64,000 bases of DNA, from positions 96,001 through 160,000 of the IMG/VR virus record IMGVR_UViG_3300032240_001498. One strand, written 5' to 3'. The notes under the pieces were generated by a model, which saw only the letters and a list, made by a program, of their open reading frames with translations, was not told the origin of the DNA and made no database searches. Numbering within the stretch: position 1 is the stretch's first letter; each line of letters starts with the position of its first letter. The stretch comes from a virus (taxonomy: Duplodnaviria > Caudoviricetes). The position numbers and the translations under genes were made by a program. Positions 47,848-57,067 of the stretch are shown here, one piece after another.

Positions 47848-48933
47848 TTAATTCTCCATTGCTGTGATAATGTACTTGCCGTACTTGTCATGGAAACGAT
47901 CAAAGTTATTCATCTTTGATGCATCAAACGGCAATTGATAGTTAGTCAACGCAACCTTGGAACCCATAACAACCAGCTCAGTTGGGAAATTATCCATCAT
48001 AAAGCCAAAGAAGTTGTCTGCCATTTTATTCCAGTCTTTAACCTTCTTTTCATGTGCAGTTTGAAGTTCGTAGCACAGGCTAATTACCAAAGAATACATC
48101 GCTGAAATTTCTTTGATATCGCACTTGGTAACAGATCCATCTAAGATAGATTCTGGCTTAGGCATTTGCTTGGCGACCTTGCGGTGAGCCATAAACTTGA
48201 CAGCAAGTCCATCACCTACCGCACCTGCGATGAGGTCAGTGAGCGTAGATTCAGGCAAGTCATCGTCGCCAAGCAAATCTGATACGAAGCTCCAAGAGCG
48301 TGGAGTAGCAAAACTACGTGCTGAACTCTTTGGATCAAAGTCGTACAAGTCGTTTTTAGCAAAACCAATGTAACCAACAACCTGTTCGTTAATCTTGTTG
48401 GTAACTGCCCATTCTTGCCAGTCATCAAAACTAACCTTCAATTCCAAGTGCAAGAAACGGTTTGCCAACGGAGCAGGCATGCGATATGTAACGCCCTTGT
48501 CAGTTTCACGGTTACCTGCGGCAACAATGCTAACACCTTTTGGCAAGTAATAAGTACCTACACGGCGGTTTAGAATAAGTTGATATGCCGCGGCCTGTGT
48601 AGCAGGAGCCGCTGAGTTAAGCTCGTCCAAGAATAGGACTGCTGTAGATTCTGGATCGCTAGGCAACTCAATCGGAGGAGCCCATTCCATGGAATTTGAT
48701 TTGCTGTTGTAAAACGGAATACCTTTAATATCTGTAGGTTCCCACAAGCTCAAACGAACGTCAATTACTTCACGCCCTGTCTCACCAGCAATCTGGTGAA
48801 CAATATCTGACTTGCCAATTCCGGGAGGACCCCACATGAAAACTGGACGATTTACTTTGAAGCACTTGCGGATAGCCGCTTTAGCTTCATTGGGACTTTG
48901 TGTACGGTTAGTACTGATCTCACCTTTTGCCAT
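47848..48933 (-). CDS. MoxR-like AAA+ ATPase
   Basis: GPPGIGKS Walker A, LFLDELN Walker B, AAGN sensor, PLANRF arginine finger. Confidence 0.9.
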   Translation of the reverse strand: MAKGEISTNRTQSPNEAKAAIRKCFKVNRPVFMWGPPGIGKSDIVHQIAGETGREVIDVRLSLWEPTDIKGIPFYNSKSNSMEWAPPIELPSDPESTAVLFLDELNSAAPATQAAAYQLILNRRVGTYYLPKGVSIVAAGNRETDKGVTYRMPAPLANRFLHLELKVSFDDWQEWAVTNKINEQVVGYIGFAKNDLYDFDPKSSARSFATPRSWSFVSDLLGDDDLPESTLTDLIAGAVGDGLAVKFMAHRKVAKQMPKPESILDGSVTKCDIKEISAMYSLVISLCYELQTAHEKKVKDWNKMADNFFGFMMDNFPTELVVMGSKVALTNYQLPFDASKMNNFDRFHDKYGKYIITAMEN

Positions 48934-48987
48934 TTGTGTAACCTTTCAAAATAAAAACAAATGTAATTTACTACGCTCTAAGTATAT

Positions 48988-49016
48988 ATTATACGGCATC
49001 TTAGCGGAGAAGTCAA
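48988..49016 (-). promoter_or_regulatory. Sigma70-type promoter for the MoxR ATPase
   Basis: TTGACT (49011-49016), 17 nt spacer, TATAAT (48988-48993). Confidence 0.8.
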
Positions 49017-49047
49017 GACCTTTTGGATAAACCAATCCGTTGTATTT

Positions 49048-49437
49048 TTACAACAGATGTTTTGCTTCGTTTGAGCTCCATCCGAATTTATGGACATCGC
49101 CGGAGAAAAGGATTAGTTGGAAGGCAGTTTTTTCTTTGAACACAATGATAGCATCTTTGTCCAAAAAATATGGACAGTCGATAAATCGATCCATCCAAAT
49201 TATTGTTTGCGAAGTTACTTGAAATTCTTCGTCTTTTGGAAATTCAATGCGATAGTCTTTGTAGCCCAACACATCTCGAAGATATTTGTATCCGTCAAAC
49301 GTTAGTCCCCAACCGCCCACTTTTTTATTACGTAGACTTTTCCATACACTTTTGTGGAATTGGTCAAAACTAACATTCTCTGATCTTTCGCCTAGCTCTT
49401 CGTAGAGTTTTTTGCTGAGATCTTTTTTGGTAATCAT
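49048..49437 (-). CDS. Hypothetical protein
   Basis: 129 aa in operon, 4-nt overlap with upstream gene. Confidence 0.65.
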   Translation of the reverse strand: MITKKDLSKKLYEELGERSENVSFDQFHKSVWKSLRNKKVGGWGLTFDGYKYLRDVLGYKDYRIEFPKDEEFQVTSQTIIWMDRFIDCPYFLDKDAIIVFKEKTAFQLILFSGDVHKFGWSSNEAKHLL

Positions 49438-49721
49438 TCTTTGATAAGTTCACCAGTGGTCAATTTGTAAACACCAAAGTCGCTACAGTTGAAAAGTTTG
49501 TTTAATTTTTCTGCGAGATTATGGGCATGACCTGAATTTGAGAAGGATACTTTTTTGTATTTTGGACCAAGTTGTTGTGCTACTAGACTTGTGGTTTTTA
49601 AATTAACCGGTTGTGCTTTATAAAACACCGCCCATATGGCATCAGCTTCAAGTACTTGTTCTGTCTTGTAGTTTTTCTTATTTGTTATTTCTAACAATAC
49701 TTTAGGTTTAGGGCGTGACAT
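49434..49721 (-). CDS. Conserved hypothetical basic protein
   Basis: Start moved to MSRPKPKVLL (GGAG SD); YKKVSFSNSGHAHNLAEKLN; TAAATA box at 49747-49752. Confidence 0.7.
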   Translation of the reverse strand: MSRPKPKVLLEITNKKNYKTEQVLEADAIWAVFYKAQPVNLKTTSLVAQQLGPKYKKVSFSNSGHAHNLAEKLNKLFNCSDFGVYKLTTGELIKE

Positions 49722-49762
49722 AAGTGCATCTCCAAATATACGCACTTATTTATTATATACAG

Positions 49763-49990
49763 CTAGAAATTGCCGCCATCCATTTGTACTTGTGTATCTG
49801 GCTGATCCTGCATTGCGGCCTGCAGAATAGTGTCTAGTTCACCGCTAATACGTGTCATCACTACCGCTAGACTATTGGCCAACTCCGTGGCTTCTAAAAT
49901 GTCTAAAGTGACAATTTTCTGACCTGATTTAGCCGCAATTCTCGCCTTATCTAAGTAGTTTTCGATAGGAATTGTGTTTAATTGTCTCAT
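49763..49990 (-). CDS. Hypothetical protein
   Basis: 75 aa, operon-coupled. Confidence 0.6.
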   Translation of the reverse strand: MRQLNTIPIENYLDKARIAAKSGQKIVTLDILEATELANSLAVVMTRISGELDTILQAAMQDQPDTQVQMDGGNF

Positions 49991-50487
49991 GGGGTAGACT
50001 TGCCTATAGTGCTCAATACTTGACGCATCTCCAGTTCAGTTTTAAATGGACCTTTGTTTGCGTATCGTTCTAGTGTAATCAGTTTTGGGCAGAATGATTT
50101 GACCCAGCCTTTACGGAATTTGATTACATAATATCCTGCACAATACTGACTCTTTGACTTATCGCTCTTTGAGTAGATTGGTAATTTTTGTTGGACGTCA
50201 TAAACAGGATTATAGGGTTTACTTGAACAAGGGAATTCGTATATGCTATAATCTTGATCTTTAGACTTTACGTCCTTTCCAGTTTTTTCTTTCTTCAGTT
50301 GTTCTTCACTAATTGAAATTCCAAATAGTGTTTTAAAAACTGCTAGGTCAGCAAGGTCAACTTTTTGACCTTTGCGCATGAAACTATAACCTTTTTTCTC
50401 TTTGGTTAGGGTTCCTAGTTTTTCACCTTCAACTTCTAACAACCAAAACTTGCCATCAATGATCGGCTTAGTTAATGCTTCTGTCAT
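49987..50487 (-). CDS. Hypothetical protein
   Basis: Start at MTEALTK (GGAGG SD); YCAGYYVIKFRKGWVKSFCPK. Confidence 0.65.
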   Translation of the reverse strand: MTEALTKPIIDGKFWLLEVEGEKLGTLTKEKKGYSFMRKGQKVDLADLAVFKTLFGISISEEQLKKEKTGKDVKSKDQDYSIYEFPCSSKPYNPVYDVQQKLPIYSKSDKSKSQYCAGYYVIKFRKGWVKSFCPKLITLERYANKGPFKTELEMRQVLSTIGKSTP

Positions 50488-50501
50488 ATTTGCCTCCGTG
50501 T

Positions 50502-51485
50502 TCATACTGTGTATCTTGCGTTAAGTGGGTCTGCGTAACTTTGAATTTGTTCCGTAACTTTGATCAAGTCGTAGGTTCCGCAGAACTTCATAAGTCTAAT
50601 TCCAACTTGCGGAATTTCTTTTGGTACTGCATTTTCTGCAATCGTCTGCGCAATAATCGCTTTAATTTCATCTGGCTGTGCAGTAAGATCGCACAACTTA
50701 ACATTACGGATATAGTCGTCCAATACTCTGTGTTCTACACCTTCATGGTCGGTCCAACGTTGGAGCATGAGATTGTTCCAATTATATCCTTTTGAGTTTC
50801 TGTCAGCAAAGGCTTCTCTGAGTCCAACTTTGTTCTTAGTACCTTTTTCTCTAACGCCGGGGAAAGCAGAAAAGATGTTGTCGGAGGTATCTCCTCGTAT
50901 ACACTTCTCGAATAGGAGCCATTCTGGGTCCGGAGCAGGCTTGGTAGTTTTTGTTTTCTTGTCAACAACTGGTTTCCCCTTTTCATCAAAATAACCTTCG
51001 TGTGTAGTAGTAACACCACTTACACCATTATACTGTCTTACGTTAGGCGCAATCAACTGTGCGAAGTCGCCGTCTGTTGAAATGATAACATGGTTATCGT
51101 TTGGATGTGCTTGAATGAAGCCAGCGATCAAATCGTCAGCTTCTAGTTGCTTATGTTGCAATACTGTACAATTGGTCTTTTCATTTAAGAAATTCTTGAA
51201 CTCATCAAATGTTTCCCAAAAAACTTTATCTTCTTCTGCATCACGTGGGCTCAATGCATCACGTGCTACTTGTCTATTTCGTTTGTAAGGCTCATAATGA
51301 TCCTTACGCCACGAGCGACCTTCTAATGCGAATACAACATGTTTCCCATCAAAGTCTTTCCATGCTTTACGAACTGAGTTAAGAATAACGTGCAAGCTCA
51401 TTCCGACCTTTTCGGATATGTCTCCACGAACTACGTGACGGGCACGAAAGAATGTATTTGCTGTATCTACAATAATATATGTCAT
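50502..51485 (-). CDS. rnh: 5'-3' exonuclease / T4 RNase H-like
   Basis: VDTANTFFR, LEADDLIA, ISTDGDFAQL, GDTSDNI. Confidence 0.9.
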   Translation of the reverse strand: MTYIIVDTANTFFRARHVVRGDISEKVGMSLHVILNSVRKAWKDFDGKHVVFALEGRSWRKDHYEPYKRNRQVARDALSPRDAEEDKVFWETFDEFKNFLNEKTNCTVLQHKQLEADDLIAGFIQAHPNDNHVIISTDGDFAQLIAPNVRQYNGVSGVTTTHEGYFDEKGKPVVDKKTKTTKPAPDPEWLLFEKCIRGDTSDNIFSAFPGVREKGTKNKVGLREAFADRNSKGYNWNNLMLQRWTDHEGVEHRVLDDYIRNVKLCDLTAQPDEIKAIIAQTIAENAVPKEIPQVGIRLMKFCGTYDLIKVTEQIQSYADPLNARYTV

Positions 51486-51878
51486 TTAAAATATTTCCGC
51501 CTTGCCATTGCCAAGACTGTTTACGTTGATGTAACCGACACCTCTTTGAGACATGTTAACATTTTCTTCCATTGCAACATCTCTACAAAGATCTTTGAAC
51601 CAGGCGTCAACTATTGCTTCTTCAGTGTCGCCTGTGTAACCGGACTCTCTTAATTTTACTATAAAATACTCGTTCCAGTCAAGCTCAAAAAAGCCATTAC
51701 GAATGTTATCTTCGTTTATATGTGTATTTAATACCGCAACATATGGCTCTTTTTTGAGTGTAGCCGCTTCTTTTGGCGGAAGTGTTTCGGTTACGACTTC
51801 TGCATATTTTTTAGCTTCAGCTTCCATTTCGGATTGGCTAGGCTTTCTTTTAAAAAACTGTTTGATTCTTTCTATCAT
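51486..51878 (-). CDS. Conserved hypothetical protein
   Basis: NGFFELDWNEYFIVKL..GYTG..EEAIVDAWF. Confidence 0.7.
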   Translation of the reverse strand: MIERIKQFFKRKPSQSEMEAEAKKYAEVVTETLPPKEAATLKKEPYVAVLNTHINEDNIRNGFFELDWNEYFIVKLRESGYTGDTEEAIVDAWFKDLCRDVAMEENVNMSQRGVGYINVNSLGNGKAEIF

Positions 51879-52507
51879 AATTCTGTCCTTTGTGGTTTTT
51901 TCCTGTAGTCTACGTTAGAATAGTTAGTAGTAATTACCCAACGATCTTCATCGCTTTGGTTATCCTGTGTTTGATGTTGCAACCATCCGGGAAAGAATAG
52001 CACATCACCTGTAACTGCGGCTACTGGTTGATATTCTTCGAGACTGTTGGGCTGTGTATTTTTACGTTGGATACTACGTAGATCAAAATGCGGATCTTTA
52101 AACAAAATAAATCCACCGTTTTCAGGCATTTGCAAATATGCCGCAATACTTAGACTGCACATTCCGTGAGCATGTGGAAACGTAAATCCGCCTTTCTTGT
52201 GTAGATTAACCCAACTATTAGTGACCCAATAGGGCATGTAACTTTCTAAGAGTAATCGTCCAAACAAAACTTCAACAGCTACTTCATGTTGCCATGCATA
52301 AAACTCTTTAAACATGGGATGATGATGAGGTGGCATTTTTTGATTAGACACAGAACTCCATGCTTGTCCGACTTCTAACTCAAGCTCGCCACCGTTCTCT
52401 GCACCTGCCATAATTTCTCTGGCGGCATCTAAATGGGCATCAGTAAATCCATCATAGTGTGCTTTAAACACTATTGGCGGATAAGGATTGATGGCCTCAA
52501 TCTTCAT
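51875..52507 (-). CDS. 2OG-Fe(II) oxygenase-like protein
   Basis: WVNLH...HAH...AAYL...LFFPGWLQH...RWVI; start at 52507 overlaps the queE stop (TAATG). Confidence 0.75.
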   Translation of the reverse strand: MKIEAINPYPPIVFKAHYDGFTDAHLDAAREIMAGAENGGELELEVGQAWSSVSNQKMPPHHHPMFKEFYAWQHEVAVEVLFGRLLLESYMPYWVTNSWVNLHKKGGFTFPHAHGMCSLSIAAYLQMPENGGFILFKDPHFDLRSIQRKNTQPNSLEEYQPVAAVTGDVLFFPGWLQHQTQDNQSDEDRWVITTNYSNVDYRKKPQRTEL

Positions 52508-53364
52508 TAGGTTCCCCATTCGTTCTTGAAGAGTGGCACTTGTAGTCTATCACTGTATCTCCAGCCTTTTCGCATTGCCATTTCTGCCACTGCACGATTG
52601 TTAAGGGTATACACCCGCTCAACCCCACCAACAGGCATAACATACACAGGCCCTTTAAAACCTGCCGCACGATATTCTTCAACTGCTCGCTCTGCATCTA
52701 CAAGGTCCTCTTCTGTTGCTACGACAAACTTTAAATATGCATAACCAATATCTTCATAACTGCATACTACTTCGGGCTTAATTGCATCTTCCCAAGGTTC
52801 TCCTGAGCAAGGCAGTTTAGCACTGATACTGAATGTTAGAGCATTACGTCCACGGTCTTTATTACCTAGTGTCCAGTTTAACAAATATTGTCTAAAATCT
52901 TTTAATAGCCGCATTGTGCCGTTTGTTTCAAATGTAATTTCTTTTAGTCCTGCCATCTTCGGATGATCTAACAATGCAGGATATGCCTTCTGCCATCCTA
53001 ACATTGGCTCGCCGCCTGTGATAACAAGATGCTCGTCCTGCCATTCACCGTGCGGTAGCATTTCTATAATACGTTCTACAATACCATCAGTTTCGACCAA
53101 TGGACTAAGATCTTTAAAACGGGCATCCCAGCTGGCATAACTGTCACAGCCTGTGCTTACTAATGGCAGTTCATTATAGTCTTTGAATTCTAAAATACGC
53201 TCTGCAATGGCTTCACGTTCATTGGACAGTTCACCACGGGGCATACCAAAACCTTGACAGGTAAAGTTACAACCAAATGTACGCAAGAAAACAGAAGGGA
53301 CGCCCATATAACGTCCTTCGCCTTGTATGCTATAAAATAATTCTGCTAATTTAATCTTGCTCAT
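52507..53364 (-). CDS. queE: 7-carboxy-7-deazaguanine synthase, radical SAM
   Basis: AELFYSIQGEG...PSVFLRTFGCNFTC...CDS, LVITGGEP, ETNGT, RYSDRLQVPLF. Confidence 0.85.
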   Translation of the reverse strand: MSKIKLAELFYSIQGEGRYMGVPSVFLRTFGCNFTCQGFGMPRGELSNEREAIAERILEFKDYNELPLVSTGCDSYASWDARFKDLSPLVETDGIVERIIEMLPHGEWQDEHLVITGGEPMLGWQKAYPALLDHPKMAGLKEITFETNGTMRLLKDFRQYLLNWTLGNKDRGRNALTFSISAKLPCSGEPWEDAIKPEVVCSYEDIGYAYLKFVVATEEDLVDAERAVEEYRAAGFKGPVYVMPVGGVERVYTLNNRAVAEMAMRKGWRYSDRLQVPLFKNEWGT

Positions 53365-53584
53365 CTTCATCCTGTCTTTCTAAAAATTGTGTTACTTGAT
53401 CTTCTGCGTCTTGTAAGAATTCTGCGTATACGGTAAATGTAGCAACACCGTTGCTTGCGTGAATGTCAAACGGAATAGTACCGCGAGGAATCCAATTAGG
53501 TCCTACTTCACGCTTAATTTCAAACATCTGCATATTTTTAATCTTATGCATAGTTTGATCAAATATGTCTTTAGCTGTAGTCAC
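53351..53584 (-). CDS. Hypothetical protein
   Basis: 77 aa, 4-nt overlap with upstream ORF. Confidence 0.6.
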   Translation of the reverse strand: MTTAKDIFDQTMHKIKNMQMFEIKREVGPNWIPRGTIPFDIHASNGVATFTVYAEFLQDAEDQVTQFLERQDEDEQD

Positions 53585-53895
53585 AGGTCACCTTTTAACG
53601 AATCCATAATTACTCTACGTTCTTTATTATACACTTGTTTTTGGAGAAAGTCAAGAAACTCTTGATGCTCCATCTTCTCTGCTTTATTTAGAATATTTTG
53701 ACATGCCCGCAAATAATATCTGCGTCTAGCGGCTTTGGTAATACCTTTAGCATCTTCTACAGCAAATTGGAAACTGCGTACTAGACAGTCTGCGGCCTCA
53801 CTAGGTTTGCCGTGCCATTCTACATCACCATCATTGGTAATAACTAGAACGGGTTTATTGATAGTGCTGTTAAATTGAATACTGTTGCTTGACAT
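53581..53895 (-). CDS. Hypothetical protein (first ATG clear of the HIT gene; true start uncertain)
   Basis: MSSNSIQFNSTINKPVLVITNDGDVEWHG...; the frame stays open upstream through adhesin-like GYQA repeats. Confidence 0.5.
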   Translation of the reverse strand: MSSNSIQFNSTINKPVLVITNDGDVEWHGKPSEAADCLVRSFQFAVEDAKGITKAARRRYYLRACQNILNKAEKMEHQEFLDFLQKQVYNKERRVIMDSLKGDL

Positions 53896-54028
53896 GGGCT
53901 GATTTATACCTATTCCTGCTCCAATAGTGTATCCTGCTTGATAACCTATGGCAGTATTATATGACCCCGATGTAGGATGCTGTAAGGCCTGATAACCAAA
54001 CCCTATGTTTGGATTGTAGCTAACAGGT

Positions 54029-54427
54029 TTAATCTGCTCTATAGTTCGGCGAGCGATAATTTCCTTTCCCCGGGATCGTATTACGGACACCGCCGATCGC
54101 ATCCTCGACGTCACCCTTTCTACGAGGGATAAGGTGGATATGAGGCCAGTTAACAGTTTGACCTGCACTTGGGCCATAGTTAAGTCCAACATTGAAACCG
54201 TCCCAAGTTCCGGCTTCCACCATTGCTTTACCTTCTCGAATCGCGTCTTCAAAAGCATCATTTAAAACTCCAATTGTATTATATTTAGGTACAAACAACA
54301 AATGTCCTGGCGTACACGGATATTTGTCATAGTATACTGCAATATGAAAATCTTCTTTGTAAACATTATCCCAAGGTGCGGTGCTATCCTCAATTGAATC
54401 GGGGATGTCGTTAAAAATCTTATCCAT
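54029..54427 (-). CDS. HIT-family nucleotide hydrolase
   Basis: DKYPCTPGHLLFVPK, GFNVGLNYG..AGQTV..PHIHLIPRRKGD. Confidence 0.85.
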   Translation of the reverse strand: MDKIFNDIPDSIEDSTAPWDNVYKEDFHIAVYYDKYPCTPGHLLFVPKYNTIGVLNDAFEDAIREGKAMVEAGTWDGFNVGLNYGPSAGQTVNWPHIHLIPRRKGDVEDAIGGVRNTIPGKGNYRSPNYRAD

Positions 54428-55169
54428 GTATTTCCTTTAATGTTGGTGCATAGTTTCCGAGATGTTGTACAGTGATAGCACTGGCATTGATAGCAAATAC
54501 AATGGCCTTATGCATGTCTAAAGTATTTAGGTATTCGTATGTTAGTGCAGATAAAAATGTATCACCTGCACCGCATACGTCTGCTACTTCTACGTTCCTT
54601 GCACCGAACGCAAACTTGTCATAAATGACTCCGCGTTCACCGTAGGTAACAACTAATCCAGTAGTTGGAAAACTTGTAGCACGGCTATTTTCGAGTTCGT
54701 TAATTTTAATAAAGCATCCTTCTAATCTTGCTAGGTCTGTTTTCTTTGTATCGACAAAAATTGGACCAGAGAATGTACCACGTAGGTCCTCAATTAAATC
54801 GTAACTAACTGTACCTTTATTATAATCACTAATAACAATAGCATCGTAATCTGATAGTGTATCTTCTATTGTAAGCGGGAGTGATGCAACATCTTTATCA
54901 ATGCGAACTATTTGCTGTTTACTGCGAGTATCAATAAGCCTAGTTTTAGTAGAAGTTTCACGATGTAAAAATTTTACATTGCATCCTAATGCTTCTAAAT
55001 TCTTACGCACATTCCCAGCCATACCTTCTTTGACGATATCGTACTTTGGTACAAACACTGGCACAGGTGCTTCAGGACTTATACGATCTACGCTACCGTA
55101 TCTATAGACGTCGGTGCAATCATCCCCGACTAATAATATCTTGAATGATTTTTGTTGTTGAGTATTCAT
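54420..55169 (-). CDS. PfkB-family sugar kinase, HldE/RfaE kinase-domain-like
   Basis: ILLVGD, RISPEAPVPV, GMAGNV, ISDYNKG, VDTK, DVCGAGDTF. Confidence 0.85.
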   Translation of the reverse strand: MNTQQQKSFKILLVGDDCTDVYRYGSVDRISPEAPVPVFVPKYDIVKEGMAGNVRKNLEALGCNVKFLHRETSTKTRLIDTRSKQQIVRIDKDVASLPLTIEDTLSDYDAIVISDYNKGTVSYDLIEDLRGTFSGPIFVDTKKTDLARLEGCFIKINELENSRATSFPTTGLVVTYGERGVIYDKFAFGARNVEVADVCGAGDTFLSALTYEYLNTLDMHKAIVFAINASAITVQHLGNYAPTLKEIHG

Positions 55170-55521
55170 CGATTCTGTCATACCAAAAGATCTCTTTTAC
55201 ATATTGTCCTGCTACTACGCTCTTGCCTTTCCAATCACTGCCCTTGACCATTATGTCCGGTTTGTAAAGTTTAAGCAATCTGATTAGGTCTTCTTGACTG
55301 TCAAAAAATTCCACAATATCTACAGCCTTGAGATTTTGTAGCATTACCTTACGAAAGACTTGATCGTTAATTGGACGAGTATCGCCTTTGAGCTCTTTAA
55401 CCCTGCGATCAGTATCAATGCATACAATAAGATAATCGCCCAAACTACGAGCGGTGTTTAACATTGCTACATGCCCTGGGTGCAGGATATCAAATGTACC
55501 ATTAACTACTACGGTGGTCAT
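55120..55521 (-). CDS. Nucleotidyltransferase, HldE/RfaE adenylyltransferase-domain-like
   Basis: GTFDILHPGH, LKGDTRPIN, KGSDW, YSTTKII. Confidence 0.85.
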   Translation of the reverse strand: MTTVVVNGTFDILHPGHVAMLNTARSLGDYLIVCIDTDRRVKELKGDTRPINDQVFRKVMLQNLKAVDIVEFFDSQEDLIRLLKLYKPDIMVKGSDWKGKSVVAGQYVKEIFWYDRIDEYSTTKIIQDIISRG

Positions 55522-55877
55522 TTTTGACTGTCACCTTTGCCTACACGATAATTGTCTTCTACAGAGTCTGGAGTAGATACTTCAATAACTGTACCTGCTT
55601 CGATACACTCTAATTGATGTGGCATACAGGGTGTGTTATGCCAAACAGCACCATCACGAACTTCTTTCTCGTGAACTTCGGCAGTAGCAGTATCAATCCA
55701 ACGGATAATAAATTTACCTGATTGTATGTACCAAGTTTCTTCTTTGTCTTTATGGAAGTGCATACTGAATTTTGCACCTGTGTTAAAGTTCATAAACTTT
55801 CCACAGTACTTGTCGTTAGTGGCCCAGATAAATTCTGAACCCCATCCTTTTGGAACTAAGCCTTTTAATTGTGTCAT
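55518..55877 (-). CDS. Cupin-fold protein (sugar-phosphate isomerase-like)
   Basis: KGWGSE, SMHFHKDKEETWY, PHQL, EVSTPDSVEDNYR. Confidence 0.75.
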   Translation of the reverse strand: MTQLKGLVPKGWGSEFIWATNDKYCGKFMNFNTGAKFSMHFHKDKEETWYIQSGKFIIRWIDTATAEVHEKEVRDGAVWHNTPCMPHQLECIEAGTVIEVSTPDSVEDNYRVGKGDSQK

Positions 55878-56113
55878 TCTGGTAATGGGTTAAATCTTTG
55901 TAGGAAACTTTCGAGATAGCAACTGTATTCGCGTACTTCGTTAGTTTCTTCTTTTGTTTCTTTAATATAATGTACCCAAGTGTGTCCTTCTAATTCAATA
56001 GTATGTAACACATGGAATACATCTCGTCCAGTGCCGCCCCACCTGCTTCCATCTTTTGGACGCTTAGGGGGTTCGGTTGCTTTAATTCTATCTTCTGTTG
56101 TAAAAGTTGTCAT
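55874..56113 (-). CDS. Hypothetical protein
   Basis: MTTFTTEDRIK..., 4-nt overlaps on both sides. Confidence 0.6.
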   Translation of the reverse strand: MTTFTTEDRIKATEPPKRPKDGSRWGGTGRDVFHVLHTIELEGHTWVHYIKETKEETNEVREYSCYLESFLQRFNPLPE

Positions 56114-56610
56114 TTTGTCCACCACTCCTCATAAGGAAATTCTATCCAAACATCTTTCTCTGCCTTGTTAACTTCCATGCCGGCAAAGTCCATTTTAACA
56201 TTGCATTCACTTGCAAGGTTATCTACTACTACAGCAAACTTTACAGTTTTGTTCCAAACGTCATTATCCCAACGTATGGCACTCGGTAATGCACTAGAGC
56301 GCCAATCTTCCATGAGCCAGTTAAATGTAGCACCAGTATCGTTGATGTCGTCTACAACAAGAATATTTGCGCCATCATATGCATCTGAGGCTAGGCCACA
56401 ATTACTTACAGTATCACCACCGTCACGTAGACTGATATCTAGACTATTCATCTTAATATTAAAATATTGACTGATCATGACAGCAGGCAACAGCCCACCA
56501 CGACCGATGCCTACTATGATATCAGGCCGCCAATCACTGAGCATGATATCTCTACATATTTTTGCAATTAAGCCATTAAACTGTGGCGGTGTTAGTATTA
56601 GCTTGTTCAC
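56110..56610 (-). CDS. Type I phosphoribosyltransferase (xanthine/guanine PRT-like)
   Basis: VGIGRGGLLPA, PRPP loop ILVVDDINDTGAT, C-terminal WIEFPYE. Confidence 0.85.
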   Translation of the reverse strand: MNKLILTPPQFNGLIAKICRDIMLSDWRPDIIVGIGRGGLLPAVMISQYFNIKMNSLDISLRDGGDTVSNCGLASDAYDGANILVVDDINDTGATFNWLMEDWRSSALPSAIRWDNDVWNKTVKFAVVVDNLASECNVKMDFAGMEVNKAEKDVWIEFPYEEWWTK

Positions 56611-57067
56611 GTCTGCCTTTCAAATAAGTTTCGTTATGTATCCATTTGTTGTTAACTAAAAATCCCCATTCACGCTTTTTAGGACCTGGCATGAATAGTG
56701 TCCAAGGTGTAACACCTGGCTCTAATTCAATACGGTGATAGCTTTCTGGTTCGCAGGTTCTAAAATGACCTGGACCGCGCCATACCTTATACTCACCCCA
56801 CTTTTCACCTAGGGTATTAATCTTAGGAATCCATTCCCAGTAGCCACCTTTAAGGATTAGGGTAGCATATGGCCAAGGGTGATCATGGACTTCGTCCGGA
56901 TCGGATTTTAAAAATTTATGTAGGAACACGTTGAACGGAAACCATGTACGTTCTTTGAGAAATATATAATATCTCTCTAGGTACGGCTCATCGTCAACAC
57001 GATCCATAATAATTCGTTTACGTCCTAGTTTGTCTAGGGTATCAAGTAGTCTGTCTGTTAGTTTCAT
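56576..57067 (-). CDS. Cupin-like hypothetical protein
   Basis: LHKFLKSDPDEVHDHPWPY, YHRIEL, WTLF, REWGF. Confidence 0.6.
   Translation of the reverse strand: MKLTDRLLDTLDKLGRKRIIMDRVDDEPYLERYYIFLKERTWFPFNVFLHKFLKSDPDEVHDHPWPYATLILKGGYWEWIPKINTLGEKWGEYKVWRGPGHFRTCEPESYHRIELEPGVTPWTLFMPGPKKREWGFLVNNKWIHNETYLKGRREQANTNTATV

Noticed and set aside
54071-54261. N-terminal part of the 226-aa ORF 53581..54261
   Set aside because: Fully overlaps the well-supported HIT gene in another frame, with no SD or recognisable motif.
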